Shown here one piece after another: positions 42,301 through 57,200 of a stretch of 64,000 nucleotides of DNA. The DNA comes from the human T2T-CHM13v2.0 reference genome, Homo sapiens. The DNA lies in contig CP068257.2 of NCBI GenBank assembly GCA_009914755.4, forward strand, positions 7,200,001 through 7,264,000, read 5' to 3'. The notes beneath the pieces were generated by a model, which saw nothing but the letters and a program-made list of their open reading frames with translations, had not been told where the DNA came from and did no database searches. Within the stretch, counting starts at the first letter, position 1, and every line of letters begins with the position of its first letter. Made by a program: the position numbers and the translations under genes.

Positions 42301-45300
42301 GCAATGGAATGGAATGGAATGGAAAGGAATGGAGTGAAATGGAGTAAACACCAGTGGAATGAAATGGAATGGAATGAAATACAATGGAATGGAATGGAAT
42401 GGAATGAACCCGAATGGAATGGAATGGAATGAAATCAACCAGAGTGGAATGGAATGGTATGGAATGGAATCGAATGGAATGGAAAGGAATGGAATCAACT
42501 CTAATGGAAAAAAATGGAATGGAATGGAATGGAAACAACACGAATGGAATGGAACGGAACGGAATGGAATGGAATGCTGTGGAATGGAAAAAATTGGAAC
42601 GAAATAAACACGAATAGAATGGAACAGAATGGAATGGAAAGGAATGGAATGGAATGGAATGGAATGGAATGGAATGGAATCGAATGAAATGGAAAGGAAC
42701 GGAATGGAATTAACCCAAGTGGAATGGAATGGAAAGGAATCAACCCGAGTGGAATGAAATGGAATGTAATGCAATGGAATGGAGCGGAATCAACCTGAGT
42801 CGAATGCAATGGAATGGAATGGAAAGGAGTGGAATGGAATGGAATGGAATGGAATGGAATGGGATGCAATGGAACGGAATAGAATCCAATGGAATCAACT
42901 CGAATGGAGTAGCATAGAATGGAATGGAATGGAATGGAATCAATCCGGGTGGAATGGAATGGAATGTATGGAGTGGACTGGAATGGAATGGAGTGGAATG
43001 GAATGGAATGGAATGCAGTGGAATTTAATGGATTGGAATCAACCCGAATGGAATGGAACGGAGTGGAATGGAAAGGAAAGGAATGGAATGGAATGGAACG
43101 GAACGGAATGGAATGGAATGGAATGGAATGGAATGGAATGGAATGGAATGGAATGCAATGGAATGCTATGGAATCAATCCGAGTGTAAGGGAAATGCATG
43201 GAATGGAATGGAATGGAATGGAATTAACCCAAGTGCAATGGAATGGAATAGAATGCAACGGAATCAACCCAAGTGGAATGTAATGGAAAGGAATGGAATG
43301 AAATGGAATGGAAAGAATGGAATGGATTCAACCCGAATGGAATGAAATGGAATGGAAAGGAATGAATGGAATGGAATGGAATGGAAAGGAATCAACCCGA
43401 GTGGAATGAAATGGAATGTAATGCAATGTAATGGAGTGGAATCAACCTGATTGGAATGGAATGGAATGCAATGGAATGGAATGGAATGAAATCAACCCGA
43501 ATGGAATGGAACGGAATGGAAAGGAAAGGAATGGAATGGAATGGAATGGAAATGAATGGAATGGAATCATCCCGAGTGGAATGGAATGGTATAGAATGCA
43601 ATGGAATGGAATGGAACAGAACGGAATGGCGTGGAATGGAATAGATTGAATCCAAGAGGAATTGACTTGAGTGGAATGGATTGGAATGGAATGCAAGGGA
43701 TTCAACCCAGTTGAATGTCATGGATTGGAAAGGAGTGGAATGAATTGGAATGGAAAGGAGTGGAATGGAATGGAATGGAATCAACACGAATGGAATGGAA
43801 CGGAATGGAATTGAATGGAAACAACACGAATGGAATGGAAGGGAATGGAATGGAATGGAATGCTGTGGAATGGAAAAAATGGGAAAGAAAAAAACACGAA
43901 TTGAATGGAACAGAATGGAATGGAAAGGAATGGAATGGAATGGAATGGAATCGAATGAAATGGAAAGGAACGGAATGGAATTAACCCGAGTGGAACGGAA
44001 TGGAATCGAAAGGAATCAACCCGAGTGGATTGAAATGGAATGTAATGCAATGGAATGGAGCGGAATCAACCTGAGTCAAATGCAATGGAATGTAATGCAA
44101 TGGAATGGAGCGGAATCAACCTGAGTCAAATGCAATGGAATGTAATGGAAAGGAGTGGAATGGAAAGGAATGGAAAGGAATGGAATGAAATGGGATGCAA
44201 TGGAACAGAATGGAATCAAATGGAATCAACTGGAATGGAATAGCATAGAATGGAATGGAATGGAATGGAATCAATCCGGGTGGAATGGAATGGAATGTAA
44301 GGAGTGGAATAGAATGGAATGGAGTGGAATGGAATGGAATGTAATGCAGTGGAATTTAATGGAATGGAATCAACCCGAATGGAATGGAACGGAATTGAAT
44401 GGAATGGAATGGAATGGAATGGAATGGAATGTAATGGAATGCAATGAAATGGAATCAACCCGAATGGGATGGAATGGAATGGAATGCAATGGAATGGAAT
44501 GGAATGGAAAGGAATGCAATGGAATGCTATGGAATGAACCCGAGTGTAAGGGAAAAGCATGGAATGGAATGGAATGGAATGGAATCGAATCAACCCAAGT
44601 GCAATGGAATGGAATGGAATGCAACGGAATCAACCCGAGTGGAATGAAATGCAAAGGAATGGAATGAAATGGAATGGAAAGGAATGGAATGGAATCAACC
44701 CGAATGGAATGGAATAAAAAGGCATGCAATAGAATGGAATGGAAAGCAATGGAATAGAATCAACCCGACTGGAATGGAATGGAATAGAAAGGAATGAATG
44801 TAAAGGAATGGAATGGAAAGGTATGCAATCAACTCCAGTGGAATGGAATGGAATGGAATGGAATGGAATGGAGAAGAATGGAAGGCAAAGCAATGGAATG
44901 GAAAGGAATGGAATGGAATGGAATGGAATGGAATGGAATGGAATGGAATCAACTCGAGTGAAATGGAATGTAATGAAATGGAGTGGAACGGAATGGAATT
45001 GAATGGAAAGGAATGGAACGGAATGGAATGGAATGGAATCGAATGCAATGAACCCAAATGGAATGGAATGGAATGGAATGGAATGGAATGGAATGGAAAG
45101 GAATGGAATGGAATGGAAAAAACCCGACTGGAATGGAATGGAATGGAATGGAATGGAGTGGAATGGAAGGCAATGCAATGGAATGGAATGGAATGGAAAG
45201 GAATGGATCGGAATGGAATTAAATGGCATGGAATGGAATCAACCCGTATCGAATGGAATGGAATGGAATGGAATGGAATGGAATGGAATGGAATGGAATC

Positions 45301-48300
45301 AACCCGAATGGAATGGAATGGAATGGAAAGGAATGAATGGAATTGAATGCAATGCAATGGAATGGAATGGAATGGGATGGAATCAACCCGAGTGGAATGG
45401 AATGGACTGGAATGGAATAGAATGGAATGGATTGGAATGGAATGCAGTGGCATGGAATTGAATGGAAAGGAACGCAATGGAATGGAATGGAAAGGAATCA
45501 ACCCGAATGGAATGAAATGGAATGTAATGCAATGGAATGGAGCGGAATCAACCTGATTGGAATGGAATGGAATGGAATGGAATGCAATGGAATGGAATGG
45601 AAAGAAATCAACCCGAATGGAATTTAATGGAATGGAAAGGAAAAGAATGGAATGGAATGGAATGGAATCGAATGCAATGGAATGGAATGGAATGGAATGG
45701 AATGGAATGGAATGGAATCATCCCGAGTGGAATGGAATGGTATGGAATGCAATGGAATGGAATGGAACAGAACGGAATGGAGAGGAATGGAATAGATTGA
45801 ATCCGAGAGGAATTGACTTGAGTGGAATGGATTGGAATGGAATGCAAGGGATTTAACCCAGTTGAATGTCATGGATTGGAAAGGAGTGGAATGGAATGGA
45901 ATGGAAAGGAGTGGAATGGAATGGAATGGAATCAACACGAATGGAACGGAACGCAATGGATGGAATGGAAACAACACGAATGGAATGGAACGGAACGGAA
46001 TGGAATGGAATGCTTTGGAATGGAAAGAATTGGAACGAAATAAACACGAATAGAATGGAACAGAATGGAATGGAATGGAATGGAATGGAATGGAATGGAA
46101 TGAAATGGAAAGGAACGGAATGGAATTAACCCGAGTGGAACGGAATGGAATGGAAAGGAATCAATCCGAGTGGAATGAAATGGAATGTAATGCAATGCAA
46201 TGGAGCGGAATCAACCTGAGTCGAATGCAATGGAATGGAATGGAAAGGAGTGGAATGGAATGGAGTGGAATGGAATTGAATGGAATGGAATGCAATGGGA
46301 TGCAATGGAACGGAATGGAATCCAATGGAATCAACTGGAACGGAATAGCATAGAATGGAATGGAATGGAATGGAATCAATCCGGGTGGAATGGAATGGAA
46401 TGTATGGAGTGGAATAGAATGGAATGGAGTGGAATGGAATGGAACGGAATGCAGTGGAATTTAATCGAATGGAATCAACCCGAATGGAATGGAACGGAAT
46501 GGAATGGAAAGGAATGGAATTTAATGGAAAGGAATGGAATGGAATGGAAAGGAATGGAATGGAATCAACACGAATGGGATGGAATGGAATGCTATAGAAT
46601 GAACCCGAGTGTAAGGGAAATGCATGGAATGGAATGGAATGGAATGGAATCAACCCAAGTGCAATGGAATTGCATGGAATACAACGGAAGCAACCCGAGT
46701 GGAATGGAATGGAAAGGAATGGAATGTAATGGAATGTAAAGGAATGGAATGGAATCAACCCGAATTGAATGGAATAGAAAGGCATGCAATGGAATGGAAT
46801 GGAAAGCAATGGAATGGAATCAACCCGACTGGAATGGAATGGATTGGAATGGATTGGAGTGGAATGGAAGGCAATGCAATGGAGTGCAATGGATGTCAAT
46901 GCAATGGAATGGAATGGAATGGAAAGGAATGGAACGGAATGGAATTAAATGGCATGGAATGGAATCAACCCGAATGGAATGGATTGGAATGGAATGGAAT
47001 GGAATGGAATGGAATGGAATGGAATCAACCCGAAAGGAATGGAATGGAATAGAAAGGAATGAATGGAATGGAATGGAATGGAATGGAATGGAATGGGATG
47101 GAATCAACCCGAGTGGAATGGAATGGACTGGAATGGAATAGAATGGAATGGAATGGAATGGAATGCAGTGGAATGGAATGGAAGGGAAGGGAACGCAATG
47201 GAATGGAATGGAAAGTAATCAACCCGAGTGGAATGAAATGGAATGTAATGCAATGGAATGGAGCGGAATCAACCTGATTGGATTGGAATGGAATGGAATG
47301 GAAAGCAATGGAATGGAATGGAATGAAATCAACCCGAATGGAATGGAATGGAATGGAAAGGAAAAGAATGGAATGGAATGGAATGGAAACGAATGCAATG
47401 GAATGGAATGGAATGGAATGGAATGGAATGGAATGGAATCATCCCGAGTGGAATGGAATGGCATGGAATGCAATGGAATGGAATGGAACAGAACGGAATG
47501 GAGAGGAATGGAATAGATTGAATCCGAGAGGAATTTACTTGAGTGGAATGGATTGGAATGGAATGCAAGGGATTCAACCCAGTTGAATGTCATGGATTGG
47601 AAAGGAGTGGAATGGAATGGAATGGAAAGGAGTGGAATGGAATGGAATGGAATCAACACGAATGGAATGGAATGGAATGGAATGGAATGGAAACAATACG
47701 AATGAAATGGAACGGAACGGAATGGAATGGAATGCTGTGGAATGGAACGAATTGGAACGAAATAAACACGAATAGAATGGAACAGAATGGAATGGAATGG
47801 AATGCAATGGAATGGTATGGAATGGAATGGAATGGAATGAAATGGAAAGGATCGGAATGGAATTAACCTGAGTGGAACGGAATGGAATGGAAAGGAATCA
47901 ACCCGAGTGGAATGAAATGGAATGTAATGCAATGCAATGGAGCGGAATCAACCTGAGTCGAATGCAATGGAATGGAATGGAAAGGGGTGGAATGGAATGG
48001 AATGGAATGGAATGCAATGGGATGCAATGGAACGGAATGGAATCCAATGGAATCAACTGGAATGGAATAGCATAGAATGGAATGGAATGGAATGGAATCA
48101 ATCCGGGTGGAATGGAATGGAATGTATGGAGTGGAATAGAATGGAATGGAGTGGAAAGGAATGGAATGGAATGCAGTGGAATTTAATCGAATGCAGTCAA
48201 CCCGAATGGAGTGGAACGGAATGGAATGGAATGGAAAGGAATGGAATGGAATGGAAGGGAATGGAATGGAATCAACACGAATGGGATGGAATGGAATGGA

Positions 48301-50940
48301 ATGGAATGGAATGGAATGGAATGCAATGGAATGCTATGGAATCAACCCGAGTGTAAGGGAAATGCATAGAATGGAATGGAATGGAATGGAATGGAATGGA
48401 ATCAAGCTAAGTGCAATGGAATGGCATGGAATGCAACGGAATCAACACGAGTGGAATGGAATGGAAAGGAATGGAATGAAATGGAATGGAAAGGAATGGA
48501 ATGGAATCAAACCGAATGGAATGGAATAGAAAGGCATGCAATGGAATGGAATGGAAAGCAATGGAATGGAATCAACCCGACTGTAATGGAATGGAATGGA
48601 AAGGAATCAATGGAATGGAATGGAATGGAATGGAAAGGTATGCAATCAACCCGAGTGGAATGGAATGGAATGGAATGGAATGGAGAAGAATGGAAGGCAA
48701 TTCAAAGGAATGGAATGGAAAGGAATGGAATGGAATGGAATGGAATGGAATGGAATCAACACGAGTAGAATGGAATGTAATGGAATGGAGTGGAATGGAA
48801 TGGAATTGAATGGAATGGAAGGGAACGGAACGGAATGGAATGGAATGGAATGGAATGGAATGGAATGGAATGGAATGAACCCGAATGGAATGGAATGGAA
48901 TGGAATGGAATGGAATGGAATGGAATTGAATGGAATGTAATGGAATGGAATAGAATCAACTCGAGTGGAATGGAATGGAATGGAATGGAGTGGAATGGAA
49001 TGGAATTGAATGGAATGGAATGGAATCAACCCGACTGGAATGGAATGGAATGGAATGGAATGGAATGGAATGGAATGGAACGGCATGGAACGGAATGGAA
49101 TTGAATGGCATGGAATGGAATCAACCCGATTGGAATGGTATGGAATGGAATGGAATGGAATGGCATGAAATCAACCCGAGTGTAATGGAAATGAATGGAA
49201 TTCAATGGAATGGAATGGAATGGAATGGAATAGAATGGAATGGAATCAAGCCAAGTGCAATGGAATGAAATAGAATGCAACGGAATCAACCCGAGTGGAA
49301 TGGAATAGAAAGGCATGCAATGGAATGGAATGGAAAGCAATGGAATGGAATCAACGCGACTGGAATGGAATGGAATGTAAAGGAATGAATGGAATGGAAT
49401 GGAATGGAAAGGTATGGAATAAACCCGAGTGGAATGGAATGGTATGGAATGGAATGGAATGGAATGGAATGGAATGGAATGGAATGGAATGGAATGGAGT
49501 GGAATGGAAGGCAATGAAATGGAATGGAATGGAATGGATTGGAATAGAATGGAATGGAATGGAATGGAACGGAATTGAATTGAATGCCATGGAATGAACC
49601 CGAATGGAATGCAATGGAGTGAAATAGAAACAACTCGAGTGGACTGGAATGTAATGGAATGGAGTGGAATGGAATGGAATGGAATGGAATGGAATGGAAT
49701 GGAATGGAATCAACACAAATGGAATGGAATGGAATGGAATGGAATGGAATGGAATGGAATGGAATCAACCCGAATGGTATGGAATGGAATGGAATAGAAA
49801 GGAATGGAATGGAATAGAATGGAATAGAATGGAATCAACCAGAATGACATGGAATGGAATGGAATAGAATGGAATCAACCAGAGTGGAATGGAATGGAAT
49901 GGAATGCAATGGAATTGAACGGAATACAATGGAATTGAATGGAGTCATCCCGATTGGAATGGCATGGTATGGAATGCAATGGAATGGAATGGAACAGCAT
50001 GGAATGGAATGGAATCAATAGATTGAATCCGAGTGGAATTGAATGGAATGGAATGGATTGGAATGGAATGTAATGGATTGGAATGTAAAGGAATCCTTTC
50101 AAACCGATTGGAATGTCATGGATTGGAATGGAGTGGAATGGAATGGAATGGAATGGAAAGGAATGGAGTGGAGTGGAGTAAACACCAGTGGAATGAAATG
50201 GAATGGAATGAAATAGAATGGAATGGAATGGAATGGAATGAACCCGAATGGAATGGAATGGAATGGAATGGAATGAAATCAACTCGCGTGGAATGGAACG
50301 GAATGGAATGGAATTGAATGGAATGGAAAGGAATGGAATCAACTGCAATGGAATGAAATGGATTGGAATGGAGTGGAATGGAATGGAATGCAATGGAATC
50401 AACCCGAGTTTAATGCAATGGAATGGAATGGAATGGAATGGAATGCAATGGAATGGAATGGAATCAACCCGAGTGGAGTGTAATGAAATTGAATGGAATG
50501 GAATGGAATTAACCCGAGTGGAACGGAATGGAATGGAATGGAATGGAATCAACCCGAGTGGAATAAAATGGAATAGAATGGAATGGAATCAACTCGAGAG
50601 GAACAGAATGTAATGCAATGATATGGAATCAACCCGAGTGGAATGGAATGGAAAGGAATGGAATTGAATTAAATGGAAAGGAATGGAATCAACAGTAATT
50701 GAATGAAATGGAATGGAATGGAACAGAACGGAAAGGATTGGAATGGAATATATTGAATCCGAAAGGAATTGACGGCAGTGGAATGGATTGGAATGGAATG
50801 CAAGGGATTCAACCCAGTTGAATGTCATGGATTGGAAAGGAGTGTAATGGAAATGAATGGAATGGAATGGAATGGAATGGAATCAACCCTAGTGCAATGG
50901 AATGGAATAGAATGCAATGGAATCAACCTGAGTGGAATGG

Positions 50941-51208
50941 AATAGAAAGGCATGCAATGGAATGGAATGGAAAGAAATGGAATGGAATTAACCCGACTGG
51001 AATGGAAAGGAATGGAAAGGAATGAAGGGAATGGAATGGAATGGAAATGTACGGAATCAACCCGAGTGGAATGGAATAGAAAGGCATGCAATGGAATGGA
51101 ATAGAAAGCAATGGAATGGAATTAACCCGACTGGAATGGAAAGGAATGGAAAGGAATGAAGGGAATGGAATGGAATGGAAATGTATAGAATCAACCCGAG
51201 TGGAATGC
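50941..51208. repeat. ~134-bp tandem duplication (ggaatagaaaggcatgcaatgg...gaaatgta[c/t]rgaatcaacccgagtgg x2)
   Basis: Read directly: the unit starts at 50941 and again at 51075. The ggaatagaaaggcatgcaatggaatggaatggaaagcaatggaatggaatcaacccgactgg motif also occurs singly at ~36740, 41600, 44715, 46775, 48525 and 49305. Confidence 0.75.
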
Positions 51209-54200
51209 AATGGAATGGAATGGAATGGAATTGAATGGAGTGGAATGGAAGGCAATGGAATGGAATGGAATGGAATGGAATGGAATGGAATGGAATGGAA
51301 CTGAATGGAACTGAACGGAATGGAATTGAATGGCATGGAATGAACCAGAATGGAATGTAATGGAATATAATGGAATGGAATGGAATGGAATGGAATGGAA
51401 TGGATTAGATTCAACTCGATTGGAATGGAATGTAATGGAATGGAGTGAAATGGAATGGAATTGAATGGAATGGAATGGAATGGAATGGAATGGAATGGAA
51501 TGGAATCAGCTTGAATGGAATGGAATGGAATGGAATGGAATGGAATGGAAGGGCATCGAATCAACACGAGTGGAATGGAATGGAATGGAATTCAATGGAA
51601 TGGAATGGTATGGAATCAACCCGAGTGGAATATTATCGAATGGAATGGAATGGAACGGAATGGAAGGGAATAAAATGTAATTAAATGGAATGGAATCAAC
51701 CGGAGTGGAATGGAATGGAATGGACTGTAATGGTATGTAATGGAATGGAATGGAATTAAACGGAAAGGAACGGAATGGAATCAACACGAGTGGAAGGGAA
51801 TGGAATGGAATGGAATGGAATCAACCCGAGTGGAATGGAATGGAATGGAATGCAATGGAATGAAACGGAGTATAATGGAATGGAATGGAAACATCCCGAG
51901 TGGAATGGAATGGTATGAAATGCAATGGAACGGAATGGAACAGAACGGAATGGAATGGAACGGAATAGATTGAATCAGAGAGGAATTGAATGGAGAGGAA
52001 TGGATTGAAATGGAATGCAATGGATTCAACCCTAGTTGAAAGTCATGGATTGGAAAGGAATGGAACGGAACGGAATGGAACGGAGTGGAATGGAATAGAA
52101 TCAACTCGAGTGGAATGGAATTTAATGGAATAGAGTGGAATGGAATGGAATTGAATGGAATGGAATGGAATGGAATTGAATGGAATGGAATCAAACCTAA
52201 TGGAATGGAATGGAATGGTATGGAATCAACCCGAGTGGAATGCAATGGAATCGAATGCAATGGAATGAAACGGAATATAATGGAATGGAATGGAAACATC
52301 CCGAGTGGAATGGAATGCAATAGAACGGAATGGAACAGAACGGAATGGAATGGAACGGAATAGATTGAATCATAGAGGAATTTAATGGAGAGGAATGGAT
52401 TGGAATGGAATGCAATGGATTCAACCCTAGTTGAATGTCATGGATTGGAAAGGAATGGAATGGAATGGAATGGAATGGAGTGGAATGGAATGGAGTGGAC
52501 TCAACACGAATGGAATGGAACGGAATGGAACGGAATGGAATGGAATGGAATGGAATGGAAACAACACGAATAGAATGGAACGGAGTGGAATGGAATGCTG
52601 TGGAATGGAATGGAATGGAATGAAATAAACACGAATAGAATGGAATGGAATGGAATGGAATGGAATGGAATGGAATGGAATGGAATGGAACGGAACGGAA
52701 TGGAATGGAATGGAATGGAATGGAATGGAATGGAACGGAATGGAATTAACCCAAGTGGAATTGGATGGAATGGAAAGGAATCAACCCGAGTGGAATGAAA
52801 TGGAATGTAATGCAATGGAATGGAGCGGAATCAACCTGAGTGGAATGGAATGGAAGGGAATGGAATGGAATGGAATGGAATGGAATGGAATGCAATCAAC
52901 CCGAATGGAATGGAATGGAATGGAATGGAATGGAATGGAATCAACCCGAGTGGAATGGAATGGAATGGAATTGAATGGAATGGAATGGAATGGAATGGAA
53001 TGGAATGGAATGGAATGGAATCAAACTTAATGGAATGGAATGGAATGCTGTGGAATCAACCCGAGTGGAATGCAATGGAATCGAATCCAATGGAATGGCA
53101 TGGAACAGAACGGTAAGTAATGGAATGCAATAGATTGAATCTGAGAGGAATTGACTGGAGTGGAATGGATTGGAATGGAATGCAAGGGATTCAAATCAGT
53201 TGAATGTCATGGATTGGAAAGGAGTGGAATGGAATGGAATGGAAAGCAGTGGAATGGAATGGAATGATATCAACACGAATGGAATTGTACAGAATGGAAT
53301 GGAATGGAATGGAACGGAATGGAATGGAATGGAAACAACACGAATGGAATGGAACGGAACGGAATGGAATGGAATGCTGTGGAATCCAATGGAATGCAAT
53401 GAAATAAAAACGAATAGAATGGAACGGAATGGAATGGGAAGGAATGGAATGGAATGGATTGGAATGGAATGCAAGGGATTCAACCCAGTTGAATGTCATG
53501 GATTGGAAAGGAGTGGAATGGAATAGAATGGAAAGGAGTGGAATGGAATAGAATGGAATCAACATGGTTGAAATGGAACGGAATGGAATGTAATGGAAAC
53601 AACACGAATGGAATGGAACGGAACGGAATGGAATGGAATGCTGTGGAATGGAAAGAATTGGAACGAAATAAACACGAATAGAATGGAACAGAATGGAATG
53701 GAATGGAATGGAATGGAATGGAATGGAATCAACCCGAATGGAATGGAATGGAATGGAATGGAATGGAATGGAATTGAACGGCATGGAATCAACCCGAGTG
53801 GAATGGAATGGAATGGAATTCAATGGAATGCAATGGAATGGAATGGTATGGAATCAACCCGAGTGGAATATTATTGAATGGAATGGAATGGAACGGATTG
53901 GAATGGAATAAAATGTAATGTAATGGAATGGAATCAACCGGAGTGGAATGGAATGGAATGAAGTGGAATGGAATATAATCGAATGGAATGGAATTAAATA
54001 GAAAGGAACAGAATGGAATCAACACGAGTGGAAGGGAATGTAATGGAATGGAATGGAATCAACCCGAGTGGAATGGAATGGAATGGAATGCAATGGAATG
54101 AAACGGAATATAATGGAATGGAATGGAAATATCCCGAGTGGAATGGAATGGTATGGAAGGCAATGGATCGGAATGGAACAGAACGGAATGGAATGGAACG

Positions 54201-57200
54201 GAATAGATTGAATCAGAGAGGAATTGAAAGGAGAGAAATGGATTGGAATGGAATGCAATGGATTCAACATTAGTTGAATGTCATGGATTGGAAAGGAATG
54301 GAATGGAATGGAATGGAATGGAATGGAGTGGAATCAACACGAATGGAATGGAACGGAATGGAATGGAAAGGAATGGAATGGAAAGGAATGGAATGGAATG
54401 GAAAGGAAACAACACGAATAGAATGGAACGGAATGGGAGGGAATGCTGTGGAATGGAATGGAATGGAATGAAATAAACAGGAATAGAATGGAACGAAATA
54501 AACACGAATAGAATGGAACGGAATGGAATGGAATGGAATGGAATGCAGTGAAAAGGAAAGGAATGGAATGGAATTAACCCGAGGGGAATTGAATGGAATG
54601 GAAAGGAATCAACCCGAGTGGAATGAAATGGAATGTAATTCAATGGAATGGAGCGGAATCAACTTGAGTGGAATGGAATGGAATGGAATGGAATGGAATG
54701 GAATGGAATGGAATGGAAAGGAATGGAATGGAAAGGAATGGAATGGAATGCAATGGAATGGAATGGAATGGAATCAACCTGAATGGAATGGAACGGAATT
54801 TAAAGGAAAGGAATGGAAAGGAATGGAATGGAATGGAAAGGAATGGAATGGAATGGAATGGAATGGAATGGAATGGAATGGAATGGAATGGAATCATCCC
54901 GAGTGGAATGGAATGGTATGGAATGCAATGGAATGGAAAGGAACAGAACGGAAAGGAATGGAATAGAATAGATTGAATCCGAGAGGAATTGAATGGAGTG
55001 GAATGGATTGGAACGGAATGCAAGGGATTCAACCCAGTTGAATGTCCTGTATTGGAAAGGAGTGGAATGGAATGGAATGGAAAGGAGTGGAATGGAACGG
55101 AATGGAATCAACACAAATGGAATGGAACGGAATGGAATGGAATGGAATGGAATGCAAAGGTATGGAATCAACCCGAGTGGAATGGAGTGGAATGGAATGG
55201 AATGGAATGGAATGGAATGGAATGGAGGGCAATGGAATGGAATGGATTGGAATGGAATGGAATGGAATGGAGTGGAGTGGAAGGCAATGAAATGGAATGG
55301 AATGGAATGGAAGGGAACGGAACGGAATGCAATTATATGGCATGGAATGAGCCCGAATGGAATGGAATGGAATCAACCCGAGTGGAATTGAATGGAATGG
55401 AATGCAATGGAATGAAACGGAATATAATGGAATGGAATGGAAACATACCGAGTGGAATGGAATGGTATGGAATGCAATGGAACGGAATGGAACAGAACGG
55501 AATGGAATGGAATGGAATAGATTGAATCAGAGAGGATTTGAATGGAGAGGAATGGATTGGAATGGAATGCAATGGATTCAACCCTAGTTGAATGTCATGG
55601 ATTGGAAAGGAATGGAACGGAATGGAATGGAATGGAGTGTAATGGAATAGAATCAACTCGAGTGGAATGGAATTTAATGGAATAGAGTGGAATGGAAATG
55701 AATTGAATGGAATGGAATGGAATGGAATGGAATGGAATGGAATGGAATCAACCCTAATGGAATGGAATGGAATGGTATGGAATCAAACCGAGTGGAATGC
55801 AATGGATTCGAATGCAATGGAATGAAAGAGAATATAATGGAATGGAATGGAAACATCCCGAGTGGAATGGAATGGTATGGAATGCAATGGAACGGAATGG
55901 AACAGAACGGAATGGAATGGAACGGAATAGATTGAATCAAAGAGGATTTGAATGGAGAGGAATGGATTAGAATGGAATGCAATGAATTCAACCCTAGTTG
56001 AATGTCATGGATTGGAAAGGAATGGAATGGAATGGAATGGAGTGGAATCAACACGAAAGGAATGGAACGGAATGGAACGGAATGGAATGGAATGGAATGG
56101 AATGGAATGGAAACAACACGAATAGAACGGAACGGAATGGAATGGAATGCTGTGGAATGGAATGGAATGGAATGAAATTAACACGAATAGAATGGAACGG
56201 AATGGAATGGAATGGAATGGAATGGAATGGAATGGAATGGAATGGAATGGAATGGGGTGAAATGGAAAGCAACGGAATGGAATTAACCCAAGTGGAATTG
56301 AATGGAATGGAAAAGAATCAACCCGAGTGGCATGAAATGGAATGTAATGCAATGGAATGGAGCGGAATCAACCTGTGTAGAATGGAATGGAATGGGATGG
56401 AATGGAATGCAATGGAATGGAATGAAATGGAATCAACCCGAATGGAATGGAACGGAATGGAATGGAAAAGAATGGAGTGGAAAGGAATGGAATGGAGTGG
56501 AATGGAATGGAATGGAATGGAATGGCATCATCCAGAGTGGAATGGATTGGTATGGAATGCAATGGAATGGAATGGAACAGAACGGAAAGGAATGGAATGG
56601 AATAGATTGAATCCGAGAGGAGTTGACTGGAGTGGAATGTATTGGAACGGAATGCAAGGGATTCAACCCAGTTGAAAGTCAAGGATTAGAAAGGAATGGA
56701 ATGGAATGGAATGGAAAGGAGTGGAATGGAATGCAATGGAATCAACACGAATGGAATGGAACGGAATGGAAACGAATGGAATGGAATGGAATGGAATGGA
56801 ATGGAATGGAATGGAATGGAAACAACACGAATGGAATGGAACGGAACGGAAGGGAATGGAATGCTGTGGAATGGAAAGAATTGTAATGAAATATACACGA
56901 ATAGAATGGAACTTAATTGATTGGAAAGGAATGGAATGGAAAGGAATGGAATGGAATGGAATGGAATGAAACGGAAAGGAACGGAATGGAATTAACCCGA
57001 GTGGAACGGAATGGAATGGAAAGGAATCAACCCGAGTGGAATGAAATGGAATGTAATGCAATGGAATGGAGCGGAATCAACCTGAGTCGAATGCAATGGA
57101 ATGGAATGGAAAGGAGTGGAATGGAATGGAATGGAATGGAAAGAAATGGAATGGAATGGAACGGAATGGAATCCAATGGAATCAAGTGGAATGGAATAGC